A stretch of DNA of 64,000 nt from Candidatus Krumholzibacteriota bacterium (GTDB lineage Bacteria > Krumholzibacteriota > Krumholzibacteriia > JAJRXK01): NCBI GenBank assembly GCA_963764625.1, contig CAVXTH010000009.1:576001-640000 (forward strand). The letters run 5' to 3'. Shown here piece after piece: positions 49,226 through 59,264 of the stretch; position 1 is the first letter of the stretch; every line of letters begins with the position of its first letter. The notes below the pieces were generated by a model. The model was not told the DNA's origin. It searched no databases and was given only the letters and a program-made list of their open reading frames with translations. Made by a program: the position numbers and the translations under genes.

Positions 49226-51376
49226 TCAGTAGTGGGCAATCTCGCGTAACGCCTGGGCGACGTCTTCGGTCTGAGGAAGCGTCGCCCTTTCGGTGTCGGG
49301 TTGGTAGGCGATGTGCGTGTCGAGCGCGGCGACGCGCCGCACCGGCGCGTCGAGATATTCGAAGAGCTCGTCGGCGATCCAGGCCGCAATTTCCGCGCCA
49401 TAGCCCAGGCTCTTGTGATCCTCGTACACGACTACGCAGCGGTTGGTCTTGCGAACGCTCCGCGCCACGGACTCTTTGTCCCAAGGGCTCAGGGAGCGCA
49501 GATCCAGAATTTCCACCGAGAGTCCCGTCTCGCGTTCGAGCTGCTTGGCGGCCAGTTCGCTTCGGTGCACCAGAGCGCCATAGGTCACGATCGTGACCTC
49601 GCTTCCCTCCTGGTGCAGGCGCGCCTTCCCGAAGGGTATCATGAACTCCGATCCGGGATAGACCGCCTTCCCGTAGGGCTGTCGGTAGAGATGTTTGTGT
49701 TCGAGGAAGATCACCGGATCGTCACAACGAATGGCTGTGCGGAGAAGGCCAACCGCGTCGCGTGCCTCGCTGGGCATGACGACGCGAAGGCCGGGAATGC
49801 TGGCAAAGAGATTGACTCCACTCTGGCTGTGAAACATCGCACCACCCTGGAGATATCCGCCGGCCGCCACGCGGATGACGACGGGTGATTTCCAGTTGTT
49901 GTACGAGCGCCAGCGCATGGTCGCGAGTTCGTTCTTGATCTGCATGTAGGCTGGCCAGATGTAATCGAGAAACTGAATCTCGACCACTGGCTTCAGACCG
50001 CGCGTGGCCATTCCGATCGCGCGGCCCACGATGTTGGCCTCGGCCAGCGGCGAATTGAACACGCGGGCGTCCCCAAACGCTCGTTGGAGACCGGCAGTGG
50101 CCTTGAACACGCCACCCTTCCCCTTGCGCTTGCTCAGGACTTCTTCGTTGGTGGCGTCGGCCACGTCCTCTCCGAAAACCAGGATGCGCGGATCGTGCGC
50201 CATTTCATCGTGCAGGGTACGGTTGATCGCCTCCAGCATGGAAATGGAATTCTTCGCTTTCGCGCCGTCGCCGTCGCGCGGATCCTGACTCTGCGGTGGA
50301 CTCTCGAACTCAGAACCGGTGGCGTCGACCGTTTCACTGAAGAGGTACAGAAGGGCGTCCTCGGGGCGATGCTTCTGGGCCGACTGCGCTTTGAGGGAGG
50401 CCTCTTTGGTGTTCGCCCGGCACTCCGCCTCGAGGGCATCCAGATCCTCGGCCTTTACCCCTTCGTGTTCGATGAGATCGCGGCGTAGGAGGCGCAGAGG
50501 ATCCGAACGAGTCTCTTCCTCCAGCTCCTGTTCGCTGCGGTAGAGTCTCTGGTCGTCGCTCATCGAATGTGAGTAGGGCCGCACCGTGGTCGCGCGTATT
50601 AGGGCCGGCCCCTTGCGCGCGCGGCAGTACGCGGTGGCTTCCCGGAGAACCTCGTACGATGCACGGAAATCGGTCCCGTCGACGTTCCAGGCCCTCAGGT
50701 TTGGATACGAGGCGACCAACTCGTGGATGGGAACCCCTGCCGTCTGCACCTGACTGGGAGTGGAGATGGCGTAGCCGTTGTCCTCGACCAGGATGAGGAC
50801 CGGGAGCTTCAGGTTGCACGCGCTGTTGAGGCCCTCCCAAAACTCTCCTTCGCTGACCGAGCCGTCCCCCACCGACATGTAGATCACCTCGTCGGCGTGG
50901 AAATCGCTCGTCCCCTGGCGTGCCTCCTGGATGGTCTCCAGGTACCGACCAGCTTCCGCGACGCCCACCGCGTGCAGAGTCTGCATGCCGGTGCACGAAC
51001 TCTTGGACACGATGTTCAGGGCGGAATGACCCCAGTGAGCCGGCATCTGCCGCCCCCCGCTGTTCGGATCGTCCTTGGCTCCCACTCCCTGGAGGAACAT
51101 CTCGTAGGGGGTCATGCCCAACTGCAGACAGAGGGCCCGGTCACGGTAGTAGGGCAGGAAGTAATCGTAGGCGGGGCGAAGGACCATGCCACACGCCACG
51201 AGCACTGCCTCGTGCCCGGCGCCGGAAATCTGGAAGTAGATCTGGTTCTTGCGCTTGAGGGATATCTCCTCGTCGTCGATCGACCGCGCGGTGACCATCG
51301 TGCGGTAGGCTGCCAGCAGCATGGCGCGGGTGAGGCTCGTCGGCGGCGCTTGTCTAGAGTTCCGCTTCGTCGGCAA
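49226..51376 (-). CDS. Fused 2-oxoacid dehydrogenase E1 alpha/beta
   Basis: GDGSVSEG...EDN TPP motif, [27 protein letters not shown]. Confidence 0.93.
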   Translation of the reverse strand: MPTKRNSRQAPPTSLTRAMLLAAYRTMVTARSIDDEEISLKRKNQIYFQISGAGHEAVLVACGMVLRPAYDYFLPYYRDRALCLQLGMTPYEMFLQGVGAKDDPNSGGRQMPAHWGHSALNIVSKSSCTGMQTLHAVGVAEAGRYLETIQEARQGTSDFHADEVIYMSVGDGSVSEGEFWEGLNSACNLKLPVLILVEDNGYAISTPSQVQTAGVPIHELVASYPNLRAWNVDGTDFRASYEVLREATAYCRARKGPALIRATTVRPYSHSMSDDQRLYRSEQELEEETRSDPLRLLRRDLIEHEGVKAEDLDALEAECRANTKEASLKAQSAQKHRPEDALLYLFSETVDATGSEFESPPQSQDPRDGDGAKAKNSISMLEAINRTLHDEMAHDPRILVFGEDVADATNEEVLSKRKGKGGVFKATAGLQRAFGDARVFNSPLAEANIVGRAIGMATRGLKPVVEIQFLDYIWPAYMQIKNELATMRWRSYNNWKSPVVIRVAAGGYLQGGAMFHSQSGVNLFASIPGLRVVMPSEARDAVGLLRTAIRCDDPVIFLEHKHLYRQPYGKAVYPGSEFMIPFGKARLHQEGSEVTIVTYGALVHRSELAAKQLERETGLSVEILDLRSLSPWDKESVARSVRKTNRCVVVYEDHKSLGYGAEIAAWIADELFEYLDAPVRRVAALDTHIAYQPDTERATLPQTEDVAQALREIAHY

Positions 51377-51497
51377 GGCGTACCTCAGGCGAAAATTGCT
51401 CGAAAGGGAGAATCAATGTTCAGAAACTAGTATATCGCGGACCGCCGAGGGCCGAAAGAGGGCCTTTGAACGCTTCTGGATCCGACTTACGAAGCGC

Positions 51498-52154
51498 TCA
51501 ACGCTCGGAGATCCAGTACTTTAGACCCAGCCGCCGCTGAAGGTCCTCTCCGTAGGCCTTGGCCAGGCTGTGGCCTTCGAAGTAGGCGATCCGTACCCGG
51601 TAGAGGGGAGTTCCATCGGGCTTGGTTCCCTGCGCCACGTCCGCGGGCACCCCATTCTGGCGCAGCTCGTCCACGCGCCGCTGCGCGTTGGAGTGGCTGC
51701 TGAAGGAGCCGAGATTGATGAGGTAGCGCCCGCTGGGTCCGGGCTGGACCAGGCCGGCGCCCGTGTTCGGGCTCGTGGATCCGCTCGAGCGCGTCGTTGG
51801 GGCCATCTCGGTGCTCGCCGCGTGCACCGGGGTCGTCTGCGAGCTCGTTGAAGCGTGGAGCTCGGTCGCCTGGAGTTGGGTGGAGCTGGGCTTCTGAGGG
51901 GCCTGCGAGAGGCTTTCCGCTGGCGTGTCTTCCGGGCTCATCGACGAGGATTCGCCTTCCGCTGGCGTCGCGCCCTCCGGGCTCACTTGCCCGGCCTGGA
52001 GCGAATTCTCCGTGCCGGGAGGAGTGAGAGTCATCGTGCTGAGCTCGTTCTTGGGCCCTCGCGGCCAGAACAGAAAGAGCGCGGCGCACAAGATGAGGAG
52101 CGCTGCGATGCCATAGAGTAGGGGGCGGCGATCAGGGGTGTCTTCGCGTGCCAT
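51498..52154 (-). CDS. SPOR-domain membrane protein (DedD/FtsN-like architecture)
   Basis: SD GGAGG, TM, Ser/Thr/Pro linker, YLINLGSFSSHSNA...YRVRI. Confidence 0.88.
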   Translation of the reverse strand: MAREDTPDRRPLLYGIAALLILCAALFLFWPRGPKNELSTMTLTPPGTENSLQAGQVSPEGATPAEGESSSMSPEDTPAESLSQAPQKPSSTQLQATELHASTSSQTTPVHAASTEMAPTTRSSGSTSPNTGAGLVQPGPSGRYLINLGSFSSHSNAQRRVDELRQNGVPADVAQGTKPDGTPLYRVRIAYFEGHSLAKAYGEDLQRRLGLKYWISER

Positions 52155-52184
52155 CTTGCTGAACCTCCCGAAGGGAAACGAGCG

Positions 52185-52210
52185 GGGCTCCCTCTGCTTA
52201 GAGGGAGCCC
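52185..52210 (-). terminator. Perfect 11-bp hairpin, terminator-like
   Basis: GGGCTCCCTCT-aagc-AGAGGGAGCCC; weak U-tract. Confidence 0.6.
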
Positions 52211-52545
52211 GTGCGATCGTCAAGAAGGAAGAGACCTGAGGTCCAAAAACTCCTGGGGAAGCCGGAGGGTCGCCATGTGAAGCGGCTGCATAGCATTTGG
52301 TGCCCAATGTGGCGGGGCCACGACAGATGCGAATCAGAACCCGTGGTCCGGTCTCTGCTTCGCAATGGGCATCCAGTCGTCGAGCAGATGTCATTGCTCG
52401 CGACCCCTCGGCCGACGATCCCGCAGTCGGTGGTGTCGAACCGGCCCTCGACGAGGGCACCGTTGGCGAGACCGCTTCCCCAGTTCCTGCCGAGTACGCG
52501 CCGCCAACGCGTTGGCGATCAGGGACGGACCCGGCTGAAGGAGCT
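52185..52545 (-). ncRNA. Candidate ~360-nt structured ncRNA or long leader of unknown class
   Basis: Own promoter, multiple nested helices, 3' hairpin, no credible ORF. Confidence 0.55.
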
Positions 52546-52551
52546 GCGCCG

Positions 52552-52581
52552 AGTATATCCCCTCATTCCGGGCGGTTTCAA
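52552..52581 (-). promoter_or_regulatory. Sigma70-type promoter
   Basis: TTGAAA-N18-TATACT on the minus strand. Confidence 0.7.
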
Positions 52582-52689
52582 GTCACGGAAGAAAGAATCG
52601 ACGGTCTGATTTTCAATCGTTTGCACCGTGCTTTCGGCTCGGCTACGCCTTTCTTGCGCAGGACTACCCGGGGAGGTAGCTTTCCCACC

Positions 52690-53345
52690 ATGAACTTGAC
52701 CCTGCCACGCGCAATCTGCTTCGATCTCGATGGCACCCTCGTCGACTCGGTGTCGGACCTCACGGTCGCCTGTAATCTCATGCTCGCCGAACGGGGTGTG
52801 GATCCGCTGCGCGAGGAGACGGTCCGCGGCTACATCGGGGACGGGGCGCGTATGCTCGTGGCCCGCGCGCTCGGGGAAGCTCCGGCCGAGGTCGACAGCG
52901 CCCTCCTGCGCTTCCGCGATTTCTACGCGGAGCACCTGCTCGATCACACCCATGCCTATCCTGGGGTCGAGGTAACGCTCGCGGCCTTGCAGGAGCGCGG
53001 GAATGCGCATGGGCGTGGTGAGCAACAAACCCCACGAATTCAGCGCGAGAGTCGTGGAGGGTCTAGGGCTTGGAGAGTACTTCGACGCGATCGTGGGAGC
53101 GCGCGAGGGGAGTGCCGGTGAAGCCAGCTCCCGATCTCCTGCGTCTGGCGCTCGCCGAATTGGAAGTGGATGCCTCCGAGGCCTGGATGGTGGGTGATTC
53201 CAAAAACGACGTGGGAGCGGCGCATGCGGCCGGCTGCATTTCCATCGCGTTCAGCTATGGCATCGGGCGCATGGACGATCTGCGCGCGGCGAAACCAGAG
53301 ATCATTCTGGTTTCCTTTGCCGAACTCATCGAGTTGTTGGTCTGA
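52690..53345 (+). CDS. gph: HAD-family phosphoglycolate phosphatase, frameshifts near 53000 and 53110
   Basis: FDLDGTLVDS; GVVSNKP; KPAP; MVGDSKND, spread over three frames. Confidence 0.85.
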
Positions 53346-53453
53346 AGCTTGTTTTTTAGTTCGTAGATTGACTTGCCAAAACCTCTCTCTGTTTCTACTG
53401 TCACGCCCGTGCTGATGGATTTCCTCCAGTGACCAAGATGAGGAGGGGTTACC

Positions 53454-53789
53454 ATGTCCCTGGTGCGAAGACTCGCTCGCGTCAGTCTCGTCTGTGGATG
53501 GCTCGCGGTTCTCGCTCTGGGGAACGGTTGCAAGGGTAACGATCCGGTCGCAGCGCCCCGAACTACACGCAGATCTCCCGCCGTCCAGATCGCTGGTAGG
53601 CGCAACGGATCCACGATCAACCCCATTGGTCTCCCGGGTATTTTCGATGCGTCGCAGGACCAAAGGCGAGCTCGAATTCGCGCTCTGGAGTATCCCGCCA
53701 CCAATCACGTTGAGGTCGACGTGACGGTCCTCGACCGCATCGAAGCCGGACCCAGCCGACACAGTGCGGGCGAAGGACCTTCAGGATAG
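53454..53789 (+). pseudogene. Short or truncated lipoprotein
   Basis: SD GAGGAGG, lipobox-like LGNG-C; the sequence decays after about 100 codons. Confidence 0.45.
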
Positions 53790-53956
53790 CGCTCGAGTTA
53801 CGCGGGCGATGGCCTGGAAACGCCAGTGACTGCGAATCAGCGGCCGCGATGAACCTCGGACCGGTATGCCTTGTCGATGGTCGCGCGTAACCCAAGGACT
53901 TCAAGATCGCCCGGGACGGCCCTCCGGCGCGGCGATGCGCGAGTGGATCAACCAGC

Positions 53957-55179
53957 TCAATCGGTGCTGCGTTCACTCTCGGGCCTCCGGCCAAGTGGCC
54001 CATATAGCTTGCTAGGAAGTAGAGCAAGAAGACCTGGGTTTCGCGGCGTGTGCTTCTCATGGATCGAGTTTCCGCAATCTGGTTTCGCCAGTCGCATGAG
54101 GACGGGACGAACGTCCTTTGTCGACAGTTTTAGCTCAGCGATTCGGAAGCGGTCGGCGTCGACGTCATCCAGGAACTGGATGACTCCCTGCATGTAGACC
54201 TTCTGATCGTCGTACATGGCGAGATGACTTCCGTTGGGACACAGAAGGAAGCGTCCCTTCTGCACCTTATCCGCCATCATCTTCATGTACGCGGGATCCA
54301 TCGTGCCGTACTTCGCCCCGATCGTGAGCGTGGGCACCTCGATCTTGGGAAGGTCTGCGGTACGATCCCAGTTCACGAGTCTACCCGAAGCGCCCAGCTC
54401 GCTAGGCCCCTGCATCAGGACGTAGATCTTGGGATTGACGTGCGCGATGGCTCGGTTCGCTGGGTCGGGCCATTGATCCGCCCGCATGCGCAGAATGTGC
54501 TGCACATAGAAGTTCGGAACCAAAAGCCCCATGTATTGCGGATCGTCGTAACGACCTTCGGCTTCCAGCTGCTTGATCTGCGCGAGCGCGCTCGGGTCCA
54601 TGGAGGGCATCAGGACGGTTTGCGCGTAGTGATTGTAGGCGGGAATGCTCGCCATCATGTTCGAGATGATCAGCCCTTTCAGGTGCTGCTGGTATTTCAG
54701 GGCGTATTCGAGGGCGAGCAGCCCGCCCCAGGAATGACCGTAGAGGTAGAAGTCGTCCTTGTTCAGTCCGAGCGCCTGCCGGACCTGCTCGACCTCTTCG
54801 ACGAAGCGCGGAATGGTCCACAGATCGGGATCGTCCGGTTGGTCGCTGTAGAAGGAACCCAGCTGGTCGTAGTAGTAGTACTCGACTCCCGCGCCGGGAA
54901 AGTAGCTGTCGAAGGCCTCGAGATACTCGTGGGTCAAGCCCGGTCCGCCGTGCAGGAGCAGCACCTTGATGGTGGGGTTGTTGCCCACCCTCTTGGTCCA
55001 GACGTGGAACTCGCCCTTCGGGGTGCTGATGGGAATCATGCGCACGCCGCCGCTGAGCACGTCGTTCCGACCGGTGTTGTCGAAGTAGTCTCCTTTGATG
55101 AGGTGGCCGGAGCGGGGCTGAGCCGCGCCGGAGCAACAGAGAGGAAGGGTGGCAGCCACGTTACGGGAAGTCGCTTCAC
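53957..55179 (-). CDS. Proline iminopeptidase (alpha/beta hydrolase), with indels in the signal region and a probable C-terminal extension
   Basis: LLHGGPG, YDQLG, GHSWGG, GSHLAMYD; SD AAGGAG before GTG at 55179. Confidence 0.9.
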
Positions 55180-55190
55180 GAAGATCTCCT

Positions 55191-55787
55191 TCAATCGCGG
55201 GGGACGATGAGCGAGAGGGATGCTTCCAGTCGCGAATCTAGGCGGAGTCGCGCCATTTCCTCCAGCTTGAGCACGGTCCGCCAGTTTCGCGCGGTCACCG
55301 GGGAGCCCACGAAGCGCTCCAATACGGCGGGAGACAATTTCGATCCACCGGCGCCGTCTCTTGTAATGAATCCAGAGTGCATTCGCCGCTTGCCGAATGC
55401 GCTCACCATCTTTGGCGTAGGGCATCAGTCCCTTCACCGCATCTTTTTCGGCGGCTGTTTCGCGAGCACGAGCATCACCCGGTTGGGTTCCTTCTCGGTC
55501 TCGCGGGGGAAGGGATTGCCCTTCACATACTCTGACCAGTCTTTCGCGGGCCGAACCAGAACGCTTACCGAAACTCCAAAGCGCTCCTCGACAGCCGTCT
55601 CCAGAGCATCCTCCAGGCGGGTTCTGGTGGAAGGGGATTCGAAGACCAGGTTTCCGCTCTGGATGTACGATGCGACTCTCTTGAAACCCAGATCCTCGCA
55701 GAGGGCACGGAGCTCTTGCATGGGGATCTTGTTGTGGCCGCCCACGTTGATGCCACGGAGCAGGGCGATATAGCCTGGTCGGGGCAT
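55191..55787 (-). CDS. DUF1697 family protein, frameshifted near 55440-55360
   Basis: YIALLRGINVGG, YIQSGNLVF, TARNWRTVLKL. Confidence 0.85.
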
Positions 55788-55799
55788 CCGAACTCCTCC

Positions 55800-55872
55800 T
55801 TAGAGAATCTTCTGCCAGTAACCGACGTCGATCCACCTCTGAAACTTGAAGCCCACTTCGCGAATGTGGGCC
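55800..55872 (-). pseudogene. C-terminal remnant of a phosphinothricin-type GNAT acetyltransferase
   Basis: HIREVGFKFQRWIDVGYWQKIL-stop; nothing GNAT-like upstream. Confidence 0.7.
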
Positions 55873-56174
55873 CCGTCCGTCGGGTGAAACGCCGCCGTTT
55901 CGTCGGGATCTCGATGCATGGATCGTCCCGCGGGTGAATTCCTACTCGAATCGCCAAGCTCGGGTCCATGGTCCCAGGAATCGAGCAATTCCGTCAACAC
56001 ACGCCTGTTCGGAATCCCGCCAGTGGGCAGGGGCGATGCCCTTTTCCCCTGTCCCGATCGCAGAACACCGGACAGTGCAAGGGAGGGAAGGTCCCGCGGG
56101 GAGCGGACCCGAATTTGTGCCCAAACTCTTGCTGAGATGGATCTTAGGGGAGCTCTTCACTCCTCGCGTGCGTT

Positions 56175-56190
56175 TGGCATCAGGTCTGCA
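56175..56190 (+). promoter_or_regulatory. Sigma54 -24/-12 promoter
   Basis: TGGCATcaggtCTGCA (GG 56176-77, GC 56188-89); TGT-N12-ACA at 56050-56067. Confidence 0.65.
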
Positions 56191-56201
56191 GAGACGAGCC
56201 C

Positions 56202-56300
56202 ATGAGCCCGGTTCCGTCGTGGGCTGTCTTCATCGTCCTTCTTCAATGGGAGGCGGGAAGGACGAAGGAGACAGCGGACGGCACCGGGCTCACGTCTTGA
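56202..56300 (+). ncRNA. Candidate sigma54-dependent hairpin sRNA or leaderless 32-aa ORF
   Basis: ~35-bp interrupted stem at 56203-56292 starting at the predicted +1; ATG 56202 to TGA 56300. Confidence 0.5.
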
Positions 56301-56301
56301 G

Positions 56302-58082
56302 CTAGGCGGGCACGCGATAGCTTCCGTGATCCAACAGGACTTGGGCGGCGGCGCGCGCGGCCGCGATGGTGTCGACCGGCGGGACCTTCGTGAAGCGTCG
56401 CAGGCCCACGAGCATCATGCCCAGCTCGTCCCCGTCTGCCACACGAGTCAATGCAGCGCGTCCCGCACGGCCCACGCGCTCGACCGCATCGCTCACGAGC
56501 ACGGTGACCAGCGCTTGCACCATCGGAATGCTCTTGCCCTTGGCCAGCATCTTCTGGGCGCGCAGTACCGCGCTTTCGAGCGCGTAGGTTTCCATGATCA
56601 TATCCGCGGCATGCACCAGGACTTCCTGCTCCTCCTGCAGTTTCGGTCCCAGCTTCTGTGCGGCAACTCCCGCCACGAGCAGCACCGCCTTCTTGAGTTT
56701 GGTCACCTGCGCGAGTTCGTCCGCAAACGCGCCCTTGATCGCTCTCCTCGGCAAGGGATGGGATGGACAGCAACTCGTCCTGAATGCCCTTGGCCGCCGC
56801 CAACAGGGGCAGCTCTCCTTTCATCGCTCGCTTGAGGATCATGCCTGGAATCAACATGCGGTTGATCTCGTTCGTGCCCTCGAAGATGCGGTTGATGCGC
56901 GAGTCGCGGTAGTAGCGCGCAGCGGGGTAGTCTTCCACGAAACCATAACCACCGTAGAGCTGCACCATCTCGTCGACGACGTAGTCCAATACTTCCGATG
57001 CGAATACCTTGATGATACTGCACTCGATGGAATAGTCGTCGATGGCACCAATGACCTTGCGATCGAAGTCTGGGGCCTTCTTGTCGAGCGCGCTGATGGC
57101 TTCATCGAAGAGACCCGCGGTGCGATAGACTGCGCTCTCGGCGGCGTAGATCCGCGCCGCCATGGTTCCCAATTTGTTCTGTGTGAGCGGGAATTCACTG
57201 AGGGCCTTGTTGAACTGCTTGCGTTCGCTCACGTAGGCGATGGTCTTCTCGATGGCCTCTTTGGCGGCGCCGGTCACGGCGGCGCCCAGTTTGAAACGCC
57301 CCACGTTGAGAATGTTGAACGCGATGATGTGTCCCTTGCCGATCTCGCCCAGGAGGTTGGACTTGGGAATGCGGGCGTCCTGCATCACGATGCTCGTGGT
57401 ACTGCTTCCCTTGATCCCCATCTTGTGTTCCTCGGCGCCCGCGCTCACGCCGGGAGTGTTCATGGGTACGATGAAGGCGGAGAACTGCTCGCCGTCCACT
57501 TTGGCGAAGACGATCACCACGTCGGCGAAACTGCCGTTGGTGATGTACATCTTCTCGCCGTTGAGAACCCACTCGTCGCCGTCGAGGTTCGCCGTGCTCT
57601 TGGCGGCTAGGGCATCGCTGCCGCTTCCCGCTTCGGTGAGAGCGTACGCGGTGATGATCTCACCGGTGGCGAGCTTGGGCAGCCATTCCTGTTTCTGTTC
57701 CGGGGTGCCGAAGTAGACGATGGGCAGGGTGCCGATTCCGGTTTGCGCTCCGTGCGCGACGGGAAAGCTACCTCCCGCCGCGATGGACTCGGCCACGACC
57801 ATGCTCTGCGTCTTGGGCGCGCCCAAACCGCCGAAGGCCTCGGGTACGTCCACGGCCAAGAGGCCGATCTCGCCCGCCTTCTTCAGGAGAGAGGGCATGA
57901 GCCCCTCCTCCTGCGCTTCCAGACGATCCATGAGGGGTAGAACTTCTTGGTTCACGAAATCGCGACAGGTCTGGGCCAAGAGCTGGGTCTCCTGGCTGAA
58001 GTCCTCGGGGGTTTGAACCTCGTCGAATGGTGTCTCTTCGATCAGGAAGCCCCCACCGCGGCGTATCGTTTTCTCGACTCAT
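56302..58082 (-). CDS. fadE: Acyl-CoA dehydrogenase (FadE, VLCAD-like), frameshifts near 58060 and 56740
   Basis: [43 protein letters not shown]. Confidence 0.92.
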
Positions 58083-58107
58083 TTCTCTAGCTCCTATGTC
58101 TGTGCTC

Positions 58108-59247
58108 TCAAGCGCGCTCGAACGCGGCGGCGGCGCCCATGCCGCCTCCAATGCAGAGAGTGGCGAGCCCCTTGTGCTCACCCTTGCGCTTCATGGCGTG
58201 CAGCAGAGTGCCCGCAATCCGCGCGCCACTCATGCCCAGAGGATGCCCCAGCGCGATGGCGCCTCCCTGGGGATTTGTCGTTTTGGGGTCTAAACCCAGC
58301 TCTCGGATCACGGCCAGGGACTGGGCCGCGAAGGCCTCGTTCAGTTCCACGCGCTCGACTTCGGCCAGTTCCCACCCCGCCATTGCCAGAGCCTTGGGCA
58401 CTGCCGTAACCGGCGCGATTCCCATGATCTCGGGATCGACTCCGGCCACCGCGTAGCTCGTCAGGTGGCCCAGAGGCTCTTCCTTCGAGTTCTTCAGCAC
58501 TCTCTCACTCACCACCAGGACCGCGCTTGCGCCGTCGGTCAAAGGGCTGCTGTTGCCCGGGGTGACGGTGCCGTCTTGAGCGAAGGAGGGTTTGAGGTGG
58601 GCCAGGATCTCCAGGCTCGTATCGGCGCTGGGGCACTCGTCGTGGTCCAGGATGAGCTCGCCCTCTACCGCATAGGGGACGCGCTCGTCGTCCCACAGAC
58701 CCTGCTTCTCGCTCGCGATGGTTCGCTGATGGCTTTGAAGCGCGAAGGCGTCCTGGTCCTCGCGGGAGATCGAGTAGCGCTTCACGAGCTTTTCCGCCGT
58801 CAGTCCCATCCCCAGGTAGTTTCCGGGACGATGCTCGGCGAGCCAGGGATTGGGGGAGAGCTTCAAGCCGCCCATGGGAATTCGGCTCATGCTCTCCACT
58901 CCGAAGGCGACGACGACTTCGGCCATTCCGCTCTCGATCTTGGCCACCGCGATGGCGAGGGCCTCCAGGCTCGAGGCACAGAAGCGATTCAGCGTCATCC
59001 CCGGAACGCTGTCGGGTAGTCCCGCGCGCTGCGCCACGATCCGTCCCAGATTCATCCCCTGCTCGGCCTCGGGCATCGCGGTGGCTCCGATGAGGTCGTC
59101 GATCGAAGCGGGGTCGAGTCCTTCGTGACGCGAAAGCAGGGCTTGCACCACCTGCGCCGCCAGATCGTCGGGGCGCACTTGGGCCAGTTTGCCCTTGTGC
59201 GCGCGCCCCATCGGCGATCGAAGTGCATCGAGGATGTGAGCTTTCAT
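58108..59247 (-). CDS. fadA: Acetyl-CoA C-acyltransferase (thiolase)
   Basis: [27 protein letters not shown]. Confidence 0.95.
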   Translation of the reverse strand: MKAHILDALRSPMGRAHKGKLAQVRPDDLAAQVVQALLSRHEGLDPASIDDLIGATAMPEAEQGMNLGRIVAQRAGLPDSVPGMTLNRFCASSLEALAIAVAKIESGMAEVVVAFGVESMSRIPMGGLKLSPNPWLAEHRPGNYLGMGLTAEKLVKRYSISREDQDAFALQSHQRTIASEKQGLWDDERVPYAVEGELILDHDECPSADTSLEILAHLKPSFAQDGTVTPGNSSPLTDGASAVLVVSERVLKNSKEEPLGHLTSYAVAGVDPEIMGIAPVTAVPKALAMAGWELAEVERVELNEAFAAQSLAVIRELGLDPKTTNPQGGAIALGHPLGMSGARIAGTLLHAMKRKGEHKGLATLCIGGGMGAAAAFERA

Positions 59248-59264
59248 CTTCGTCCTCCTGAGAG

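Noticed and set aside
52270-52445. tmRNA interpretation (GGTTCGAC and a YAAA-like frame on the minus strand)
   Set aside because: There is no acceptor stem, no CCA end, no resume-codon context and no stop after the putative tag.
51498-52460. 102-aa N-terminal extension of the SPOR ORF
   Set aside because: It is not protein-like, crosses a terminator hairpin, and a good SD precedes ATG 52154.
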